This document shows, piece after piece, positions 49,501-55,279 of a stretch of 55,279 nt of DNA. Source of the stretch: a virus (taxonomy: Duplodnaviria; Caudoviricetes); IMG/VR virus record IMGVR_UViG_3300011013_000014, positions 1 through 55,279 of that record; one strand, written 5' to 3'. A program made the translations under genes and the position numbers. Within the stretch, counting starts at the first letter, position 1. Every line of letters begins with the position of its first letter. Below the pieces are notes generated by a model. The model was not told the origin of the DNA. It did not search any database and saw only the letters and a list, made by a program, of their open reading frames with translations.

Positions 49501-50541
49501 GGTAAAGACAATGATGATGATAAGGATGACGAGGGCAAAGACGAGGACGATAAGGGTGATGAGGACGATAAGGGTGATGAGGACGATAAGGGTGACAAAG
49601 ATGATAAGAAAGACGATAAGGACGAAGACGAAAAAGATGCCGATGGCATGATGTATGCCAAAGACGGCAAATACAAGGAAGACGATAAAGAGGGCGATGA
49701 GGACGAGGACGAAAAAGATGCCAAGGGTGGTAAATGCCCTGAAGATGATGTCTCTGTTGAAGAAGAAAAAATGATGGAGGTCAAAGTTGAGGAGCATAAT
49801 GAGGATGCCGGCGCGCACAAAGAGTCTAGCAAAACATGGCGTAATCGCCTAGTTGCCATGGCGAAAGGTGAGTACCAGTCTACTTATGAGGAAGCTCGTA
49901 CTGATGCCGGTGCAAAGGTTGCTGTAGACGCTAATGTCTCTGATGACCTTGACCTGGTTGAAAACCTCCACACTCAGCATGCCAAGCATGTGGATGTCGC
50001 AACTTCCGAGCCTCGCAATGTTCGACTGGCTAAGGCGCTTAATAACGCTATAGTCAAGGGAGCTGTGGATGCTTCTAAGTTGGACGACCTTGTTGCTCTT
50101 GGCATGGTTGATGCTGACGCGGTTAAATACTGGAATGATCTATATGGCGAGGGTGACCAAGCCAGTGGCGCATTTGGTAATGAGCTTTCCAAAGAATTTG
50201 GGAATCATAAGAAAACCGCCTCTAACAAGGACAGCCTAAATGAGCATGAAGCTCGTTTGCGCCGCTCTTTCATGCTCGGATTGGAAGCCCAAGAAAAAGG
50301 CCTTATCAGTAAGAGCGCTTCTGCTCTTAATGAGTATGTAGATAATGTCTCTACGCTCCCTGACGAGGTATTCCAAAGTGTAAGGAACATTGTTTCTCAG
50401 CACAAGAAAGCTTCGGCTTCTGTCACACCTCAGGTAGGTATCAATCACGACACCACTGGAGAGCAGGAAACTGTTGTTAGGACTGCTTCAGTCCGCAACG
50501 GATCCCCTTCTGTCCGTGATCTCGCTGGTATCTTTAGCTGA
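46546..50541 (+). CDS. prohead protease fused to a long scaffold-like region
   Basis: NMNGDIF, WIGKPLCKDH (His), VSMG (Ser), CTEC..CEH and IELSLV..GADP.A resemble HK97/assemblin-type proteases; followed by an acidic, Ala-rich repetitive region. Confidence 0.78.
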   Translation: MFLKQATAVGFEPINGAARDAALSAYADEINEMLVKRAKKAKRLMPKPDDFILGHCIMMHAGETTLINQATGEPILNKKGKPVSGCFEKVVDGNGKDSVRWVSADGIMPYKNMNGDIFPEEDLIAKHKEWIGKPLCKDHISSSVDGIRGIVVDTYYDTKFKRVHALFALDRKNYPELAAKVERGYATSVSMGTAVGKAICTECSNIATTEAEYCEHIRKKSNYGEINKDLSPIELSLVVTGADPAAKVKTVLASLRDYVAQAENEFHEIANGNSADKQSLDSILASIRKAEIKLDDVRICKMADLDLDHLAENIVNLESRKKGDPNIEFYAQQLPQGVEELAGVQDQGLLRRLLHQANKHDLEFYQNVSDALSQLEMAESGENELLINKTHDNGDVGNPGQEHTVGFTDSSGYTLNEGFSDDLSTGDLLPMDNKPPPGEYMQGFSSLYTELDKVGTSDEITSLENKLAGLKDQILSLEKTLEYNKEKPMNFDEMKERSISRRLAYHQGTEPNQKYELMGDQDKIRNTMDKQMVGDELDYGSDAEALAAGDKSKKELMQRAALEERKLRRAALRAQIEKAANNGEIVYDKSGQPAGVKGTDGKFRAVTQSADDGEEGKKEYKKKAYYQGSEEPKPGQPQYENSGNQDKVRSTMDKQMVGEGMESGSDGLHPGYKGNSDESVKKYWQRMANLKGKLVKGAASDARWDIFADGEKVLTVNASDVYGAVWNDKVSKEAGAATHGEYFQNKDYGKRLLNLVREAEGPMGAAEALELPDEAGMAGKAGMAGDDGMSGAKDKVLAAISAAQDALADAEAALGASGIVDVEVPASEDNLGGLPIAASAKHLIEVRAEVEASIEELSFLGQNMSNDESVASAATEAVNDANAVIAYYKGLVTEAKSSTEKTASDMLQDLLKVRAAKRAAVAAKAIRTTANADLSNAGVDELISAASDEWADLPDDWADLPKPEVDTTRPGDAYDMLVDDMAAKDGKDNDDDKDDEGKDEDDKGDEDDKGDEDDKGDKDDKKDDKDEDEKDADGMMYAKDGKYKEDDKEGDEDEDEKDAKGGKCPEDDVSVEEEKMMEVKVEEHNEDAGAHKESSKTWRNRLVAMAKGEYQSTYEEARTDAGAKVAVDANVSDDLDLVENLHTQHAKHVDVATSEPRNVRLAKALNNAIVKGAVDASKLDDLVALGMVDADAVKYWNDLYGEGDQASGAFGNELSKEFGNHKKTASNKDSLNEHEARLRRSFMLGLEAQEKGLISKSASALNEYVDNVSTLPDEVFQSVRNIVSQHKKASASVTPQVGINHDTTGEQETVVRTASVRNGSPSVRDLAGIFS
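48010..50541 (+). CDS. putative nested in-frame scaffold protein (843 aa)
   Basis: Strong SD TAAGGAG 6 nt before in-frame ATG at 48010 (Met489), where the repetitive region starts. Confidence 0.6.
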   Translation: MNFDEMKERSISRRLAYHQGTEPNQKYELMGDQDKIRNTMDKQMVGDELDYGSDAEALAAGDKSKKELMQRAALEERKLRRAALRAQIEKAANNGEIVYDKSGQPAGVKGTDGKFRAVTQSADDGEEGKKEYKKKAYYQGSEEPKPGQPQYENSGNQDKVRSTMDKQMVGEGMESGSDGLHPGYKGNSDESVKKYWQRMANLKGKLVKGAASDARWDIFADGEKVLTVNASDVYGAVWNDKVSKEAGAATHGEYFQNKDYGKRLLNLVREAEGPMGAAEALELPDEAGMAGKAGMAGDDGMSGAKDKVLAAISAAQDALADAEAALGASGIVDVEVPASEDNLGGLPIAASAKHLIEVRAEVEASIEELSFLGQNMSNDESVASAATEAVNDANAVIAYYKGLVTEAKSSTEKTASDMLQDLLKVRAAKRAAVAAKAIRTTANADLSNAGVDELISAASDEWADLPDDWADLPKPEVDTTRPGDAYDMLVDDMAAKDGKDNDDDKDDEGKDEDDKGDEDDKGDEDDKGDKDDKKDDKDEDEKDADGMMYAKDGKYKEDDKEGDEDEDEKDAKGGKCPEDDVSVEEEKMMEVKVEEHNEDAGAHKESSKTWRNRLVAMAKGEYQSTYEEARTDAGAKVAVDANVSDDLDLVENLHTQHAKHVDVATSEPRNVRLAKALNNAIVKGAVDASKLDDLVALGMVDADAVKYWNDLYGEGDQASGAFGNELSKEFGNHKKTASNKDSLNEHEARLRRSFMLGLEAQEKGLISKSASALNEYVDNVSTLPDEVFQSVRNIVSQHKKASASVTPQVGINHDTTGEQETVVRTASVRNGSPSVRDLAGIFS
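49543..49596 (+). repeat. 3 x 18-bp coding tandem repeat (EDDKGD)
   Basis: GAGGACGATAAGGGTGAY three times, inside a D/E/K low-complexity tract. Confidence 0.9.
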
Positions 50542-50563
50542 GGTACTTTTAATATACCCTAGT

Positions 50564-50634
50564 GGCGGGGACACATACATATTGGCACAGAGTTGCATTA
50601 TGGTGTCCCCGCCCCTTTTTTTAAGGGGCTTTTT
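50564..50634 (+). terminator. overlapping hairpins / terminator after the protease-scaffold gene
   Basis: GGCGGGGACAC...GTGTCCCCGCC followed by T7; overlapping GCCCCTT...AAGGGGC followed by T5. Confidence 0.65.
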
Positions 50635-50635
50635 C

Positions 50636-50803
50636 ATGTTTGATTTTTATTTAAAATACATCGGTAGTAACCTTGATCTGCAAGACATAGTTGATTTAAA
50701 AGTCAGAGGACTCTCTAGTGAAGAAATAGAGGGCTATTTGGATTTTTTCCAATATGACAATAAGTACGGTGCTCAGCATGAGCAAAATGGAGAAAAACAA
50801 TGA
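50636..50803 (+). CDS. small hypothetical protein
   Basis: MFDFYLKYIG... placed after the hairpin; stop overlaps the next ATG. Confidence 0.45.
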   Translation: MFDFYLKYIGSNLDLQDIVDLKVRGLSSEEIEGYLDFFQYDNKYGAQHEQNGEKQ

Positions 50804-51069
50804 ATACATTCTTGGGAAGTAATAATCGTGAGTTGGAACTAGTCCATGCTTTAGCAGATAGCTTTCAGCTTACTGATTCAATTAATAAGACAGCCAGTGT
50901 TGCTGAATCAACAGTGCTTCCTGAGCCTATGAGCTCGCTTGCATCTGTGGTTGAAACACTGGTCAAGTGCGCTGATGCGCTTGATGGTGCAGGAGAGTCT
51001 ACTGATAAGGTAGACAATGTTCTTTCTTTTATTGAGAAAGAATTTTTCTCAACCTCTGCTGCAGAATAA
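50800..51069 (+). CDS. small protein made largely of a KTAS site and the LA[ND]xLD module
   Basis: SD GGAG; INKTAS...LVKCADALDGAGESTDKVD. Confidence 0.72.
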   Translation: MNTFLGSNNRELELVHALADSFQLTDSINKTASVAESTVLPEPMSSLASVVETLVKCADALDGAGESTDKVDNVLSFIEKEFFSTSAAE

Positions 51070-51081
51070 CAGGGGGCCCTA

Positions 51082-51774
51082 GTGTCGCTTAAAGTAATAC
51101 AATCAGGGCTGGGGCGCCCTGTGCAATACCCAGTAGATCCAAACGATGTGTTTGAGCCTGGTATGATTGCACAGTTGCGCGTTATAGGCAATGATGTCTT
51201 TTTGGGAGTGTCAGATGGCACTGCCCCAATGGGCATTATTGATGATATAAAAACAGTAGCTTTTACCCAGCGAGTAGTTGATGAGATTGTTGACATAGCA
51301 GTCCCGTCAAGTACTTTTGATGGTTATAATTTTGTTAGCACAGCGGTGTTCTCAAATGAGCTTATGAATGCGCACATAGTGGCCAACAGCTTTGTTGCTG
51401 ATTATCCTGGATTGCAGTTAAATCCGGTTAATGGAGTCATAAGGGCCCCGATAGGTAGCGTTCTTAATTATACCTCACCAGGCGCAGGTCAGCCAGACAC
51501 TATACGGACTAAGGTAAGTTATGCATTTCAAGTGCCTAATATTCCGGGTGAGGACACGACTGTTGGCTCAGGGCGGATGACGGTTTGGATTACACGCGGT
51601 GTGTTTGAAACAGACCAGTTCGAGCTGGTTCCTTACTCAGTTAATGCTACTCTTTTTGTAAGTTCTGCAGGAAAGCTGACGACCGAACAAACGCGTAGTG
51701 ATCAGCCAGGGGTAGGGATGTGTACTTTGCCGCCCACCAGTCATAATGCTAAATTACAATTTATTTGGTTTTAA
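51082..51774 (+). CDS. head decoration/cement-like structural protein
   Basis: Beta-rich: FEPGMIAQL, SDGTAPMGI, DTTVGSGRMTVW, FETDQFE, LFVSSAGKLTT; located after the scaffold. Confidence 0.5.
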   Translation: MSLKVIQSGLGRPVQYPVDPNDVFEPGMIAQLRVIGNDVFLGVSDGTAPMGIIDDIKTVAFTQRVVDEIVDIAVPSSTFDGYNFVSTAVFSNELMNAHIVANSFVADYPGLQLNPVNGVIRAPIGSVLNYTSPGAGQPDTIRTKVSYAFQVPNIPGEDTTVGSGRMTVWITRGVFETDQFELVPYSVNATLFVSSAGKLTTEQTRSDQPGVGMCTLPPTSHNAKLQFIWF

Positions 51775-51786
51775 AAGGAGCTCTCA

Positions 51787-52152
51787 ATGACATTTGATAC
51801 ACCAGAAGATAATTGGAAGAATAGCGAAGTTATGCGTAATTTTGTTGAGTTTTATCCTACAGAAGAGAAGAGCATAAGTGCTGAGGCAGATAGCCAGATA
51901 CAAGTAGAAGCCTTTAGCGAAGAGTTTGATGAAAAATATGATTATTTTGATGATATGTATAACCAAGTCACTTTGCAGGCTCTTGGGAATATTGATACAG
52001 CGATAAGTCGTTTGTCGTCCGTAGCGCAGTCAGCGGCAGATAATGGTAATATAAAAGCGGCTTACCTTGTAGAAAGAACAATGCAGGCGCTTAGAGATGT
52101 GGAACCGAATTTGATGCCAGAAGTAGTAAGTAATGAAATAGGAGTTAAATGA
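51787..52152 (+). CDS. hypothetical protein with a degenerate repeated module
   Basis: SD AAGGAG; LSSVAQSAADNG...AAYLVE. Confidence 0.7.
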   Translation: MTFDTPEDNWKNSEVMRNFVEFYPTEEKSISAEADSQIQVEAFSEEFDEKYDYFDDMYNQVTLQALGNIDTAISRLSSVAQSAADNGNIKAAYLVERTMQALRDVEPNLMPEVVSNEIGVK

Positions 52153-53093
52153 TGCGTCATATAAATATGGAAGACAGTGAGGTATTTCAATTGTTTTCTG
52201 AAATTGCTCACAAAAATGGTATTTTAGACAAGAAAGCCAGCCTTTTATATCCTGATTTCGATATCAGCGAACATAATCCAGAATTGGATATCAAAGTAGC
52301 TGTGGCCTCTGAGCACCAAATGTATGGCGTTACTAGTGAGAGCGGAGAAGACCTGGTTGGATCTGCTCATCCTGGCGGCGGCATTAGTGTGGATGACTCA
52401 GCCAGTGGCGACCTTTCTAAGGTAGAAACGATTGTAGAGCAACATAAGCGGTGGCGAGATGTTGCAGAAAGTATGCCCACTGGAAAAGTGGCCTCTTTAG
52501 CTAAGGAGCTCGTAGCCCTTGCTGATGCGCTTGACGAAGGTGGCTTTATAGAGTTAGCAGACTTAATAGAGAAAGAGGTAATCAAGATTGCTCTCCCTTT
52601 AGCTAACGCCCAGGAAGAAGGTGCTCTGGCCACTCTTCCTGGGGAATGGGAAAAAGAATTAAAAATAGAAAAGCCAGAATTAGATATCGGAAAACATAAA
52701 CCGGTAAATTTGCCAGAAGGACTTCCTGGGTCCGGCGATAAGTTTCCCTGGAACAAGGATAAAGTGAAGGAACTTGTTCCAGAGCCAATTGAGAATAAGC
52801 CACTGACCGATAAGCAGAAAATGCTTAATATTCAGAGGTTGATCAATAAAAAGGTAAGTGGCTTGCATCACTCCTATCAAGTTCCGGAGAACGGATATTT
52901 GGGAGATAGCCAGACGTATGACATGGCCACTAAAGTGTTCGGTCTTAGACCCGGCGTGCATTATCGTAATTGGGATCAGTTTGCGAGTGCATTAAAAGGC
53001 GCAAAGTTGCCAGACTGGGCATATATTAAGACATATTATGGCGACATGTTAAACGAGCATGGTAAGGCGCCGTACGAGGTGGCTGATGTCTGA
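52149..53093 (+). CDS. probable virion protein with AHPGGG and LA[ND]xLD modules and a possible peptidoglycan-binding-like C-terminus
   Basis: KKAS, AHPGGG, KVAS, LVALADALDEGG..LADLIE, KIA; IQRLIN...ENGYLG..T. Confidence 0.72.
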   Translation: MMRHINMEDSEVFQLFSEIAHKNGILDKKASLLYPDFDISEHNPELDIKVAVASEHQMYGVTSESGEDLVGSAHPGGGISVDDSASGDLSKVETIVEQHKRWRDVAESMPTGKVASLAKELVALADALDEGGFIELADLIEKEVIKIALPLANAQEEGALATLPGEWEKELKIEKPELDIGKHKPVNLPEGLPGSGDKFPWNKDKVKELVPEPIENKPLTDKQKMLNIQRLINKKVSGLHHSYQVPENGYLGDSQTYDMATKVFGLRPGVHYRNWDQFASALKGAKLPDWAYIKTYYGDMLNEHGKAPYEVADV

Positions 53094-54129
53094 TCCAAGA
53101 AAATACTTATATGATATACACCCTGTGGGTTCTGAGTCTCAGAACGCCATGGCGCATCCTGGTGGGGGCACTGAAACTGTAGAGATTGCCTCCGGAGAGG
53201 GCCTTGTGGAGGACTTGTATGAGTCTCACTTGGTAGCGCTAGAAATAGCTTACAGCACTCCGGTAGCTAGTGAGTTAGCCAAGCTGGCTAACGATTTGGA
53301 AGATCAGGGACTTGTTAGCTTGGCTAATAATGTCGATGATACTTTGGCTAATTTCGTAAAACAAGCAAATCCGCTAATGAAGGAGTTGCGCGACGCCCTG
53401 GGTGTGCTGCGCTCAATAATTCGGGGTGCTGATTTTGGCCTAGTCGCTTCTATGCGCGACGCTAAGAGCATTATGAAGTCGTGGATTTCAGATGTGGAAT
53501 CTAATACTAGAATGGGAAAGTACGATGATGCACTTATTGCAGTAAATAGGCTTGGGAGCGAAGAGCTTCTCACTGGTTCTTTTGGGCAGATATACGAGGT
53601 TGATCTTGAAAATGATTTAACAGAGGATAATTATTTTGAATGGGTTCGAAATGTGGCCAAAACAAAGGCTATTTTGGAGCAGCTTGGCCAGCCTAAATCA
53701 GCCCCCGAGGAAACACATAGACAGCGCGTAGAGAAGGAGTCTGTTCAGCCTGCTGCCACTCCCAAGGTGCCTGCTAAGGTGCCTGAGTTCTCTCCAGAGA
53801 GCAAACAGAGGTATGATATGTTAATGGTAGAGGTGTCAAAGATTAATGACTTATGGACAGCCATAGATTATCAGCTAGATGAACGCTCTGGCAATATCAT
53901 AGATGCTGATCAGTTGGCCAAATACGAGGCTAGTGCGCGCAGCATTACTCAAAGGTACATACAAACACTTACATATTGGAAAAAACACCGAGAAGCAATT
54001 AGCTCTCCGCATGAGCTCAGTATGAGAAGGTATGGTGATGTGTTAAGTGTTGTGAATCGTGTATTGTCTACTTTGGTAAAAATGAATTCAGAATTAGATA
54101 GAGCTTATAATGCTTCAGTGAATGGCTGA
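53086..54129 (+). CDS. probable virion protein with AHPGGG and LA[ND]xLD leader ending at KQA
   Basis: SD GAGGTG; leader paralogous to the upstream gene, unrelated C-terminal body. Confidence 0.72.
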   Translation: MSDPRKYLYDIHPVGSESQNAMAHPGGGTETVEIASGEGLVEDLYESHLVALEIAYSTPVASELAKLANDLEDQGLVSLANNVDDTLANFVKQANPLMKELRDALGVLRSIIRGADFGLVASMRDAKSIMKSWISDVESNTRMGKYDDALIAVNRLGSEELLTGSFGQIYEVDLENDLTEDNYFEWVRNVAKTKAILEQLGQPKSAPEETHRQRVEKESVQPAATPKVPAKVPEFSPESKQRYDMLMVEVSKINDLWTAIDYQLDERSGNIIDADQLAKYEASARSITQRYIQTLTYWKKHREAISSPHELSMRRYGDVLSVVNRVLSTLVKMNSELDRAYNASVNG

Positions 54130-54147
54130 ACAGGGGCACAGTGATTT

Positions 54148-55279
54148 ATGTCATTAGACGAATTAATTAGCGATGTTGCTAGCGGCGGCACGGGGGCGGG
54201 CAGTGGGCGCCAAAGAATAACGTTGGACACGGTTGATGTTAGTCCTAGCTCTGAGACCAGGCAGCGAAAAGCTCCTGAGTCTGGCAATTATTTACAAATA
54301 ATTGCTTTGCAACAATTCCTTATAGCTAGAGAATTACCAGTAAGCGTTAAGAACCCTTATGGTGCTGACGGTAAGTTCGGGCAAACCACCAATAAATCAT
54401 TGATTACATTCATTACTGATTCTTCGAAGCATAAGGATGAATCTGATGTTGCAATTGCAGCCGCACTACAGAGCAGTGGACTGGTAAGCGATAAATGGCA
54501 AATAACAGCAGGAAATCTACCTTCTGTATATAATTTAATAAAGCACAAAGGCACTGCTCCTCCTAAGAAGAAAATAGTTAAGGCTCCCTCTGGTCTTTCA
54601 ACACTTGAGTTTACAACCATGGGCAAGACTGTGAATATGCCATTGTTGGTTGCTATGAAGTCTTTGGGCAATCTGGATAAGGTTTTAAAAGATTTTATTA
54701 TTAATCCATTGATGAAAAGGGAAGGGATTGAGGTACCAGCTGGTTATAGTGGATATGACTTAAAACAACTTTTGCGCATGTTGCGGCAAATAAAGGTCGA
54801 TATGATGAACGCCCTTACCAGCAACCCTCTGCATGGAACTAGCCGGCGCTTCCAATACGGGGCTCATTTGCTTGATAATAGCATGATGACGCTTATAAAT
54901 CGATATGATGTGAAACTAAAACAACAAGGTACTAAGGCGCCCAAGGTAAAGGCTATAGATGAAATTAGAAAAGACTATGCTGAGTATTTGTATTTGGCCG
55001 GTGATGCTAACTTGCGCAGCATGCTAGAGACGCGGGCTCTTCGCGTATTCGAAGGCCATGGAGCTGTGGATAAAGATGGCAATATACGGTCGAAACAATT
55101 ATATGTGCATGCTAAAGAGCGTGTTAGGCGAGAGATGGAAGCTCTTTTGAAAAGATATAAGGGGCGCATCGTTCCTAAGGACAGTGCTCCAGGGGTCCCT
55201 AAGCCTGAAGCCACCTCTCCTTCATTGGATAAAGCAATAAGCAAGCTTCCTCCTGCGGGCAAAAGGCCGGCGGGAGAGA
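54148..55279 (+). CDS. protein with a peptidoglycan-binding-like domain (partial, runs off the window)
   Basis: Own translation: MSLDELISD...IIALQQFL...GADGKFGQTT..SL..F, matching the PG_binding_1 pattern; no stop seen before the window end. Confidence 0.65.
   Translation, partial: MSLDELISDVASGGTGAGSGRQRITLDTVDVSPSSETRQRKAPESGNYLQIIALQQFLIARELPVSVKNPYGADGKFGQTTNKSLITFITDSSKHKDESDVAIAAALQSSGLVSDKWQITAGNLPSVYNLIKHKGTAPPKKKIVKAPSGLSTLEFTTMGKTVNMPLLVAMKSLGNLDKVLKDFIINPLMKREGIEVPAGYSGYDLKQLLRMLRQIKVDMMNALTSNPLHGTSRRFQYGAHLLDNSMMTLINRYDVKLKQQGTKAPKVKAIDEIRKDYAEYLYLAGDANLRSMLETRALRVFEGHGAVDKDGNIRSKQLYVHAKERVRREMEALLKRYKGRIVPKDSAPGVPKPEATSPSLDKAISKLPPAGKRPAGE

Noticed and set aside
49500-49740. CRISPR-like or non-coding repeat array
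   Set aside because: The repeats are in-frame, spacer-less and encode a D/E/K low-complexity tract
1-55279. All minus-strand ORFs and short alternative-frame plus-strand ORFs in the track
   Set aside because: They overlap well-supported + strand genes and show no recognisable motifs; treated as shadow ORFs
1-55279. Stop-codon reassignment, as seen in some large phages
   Set aside because: Conserved genes are full length in the standard code, and TAA, TAG and TGA all end genes at sensible positions

Overview
This 55 kb window reads as a segment of a large tailed dsDNA (jumbo-type) bacteriophage genome. About 60 tightly packed genes all lie on the + strand and use the standard code. The left part (1-24 kb) is a replication/recombination and chaperone module: a primase split into a stand-alone CHC2 zinc finger and a distant TOPRIM core, SbcD/SbcC, a Cas4/RecB-like nuclease, two sigma-like proteins, trigger factor, DnaE, UvsY-like, gp32-like SSB, RuvC, DnaJ and RecA. 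The right part (25-55 kb) is a head-morphogenesis module: large terminase, an intein-containing portal, a prohead protease gene with a probable nested scaffold start, a decoration-like protein and many uncharacterised proteins. It also holds unexpected enzymes (Dps, a CCA-type nucleotidyltransferase with an altered templating motif, a topoisomerase IB-M23 peptidase fusion) and three free-standing homing endonucleases, two of them decayed. The most striking signal is a shared short-motif vocabulary across otherwise unrelated late proteins: a ~25-aa helical module (LxxLA[ND]xLDxxG...A[DN]x[ILV]D, about 9 copies), recurring [KR]-x-A sites, a 13-aa [KR]x[ASG]SxxP[PA]Lxx[RK][GA] motif and an AHPGGG module. 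I infer a modular capsid-targeting and protease-release system that loads cargo into the head; this is a hypothesis, not shown. All calls come from reading motifs by eye, and no database searches were run. No major capsid protein, tRNA or CRISPR array was recognised.
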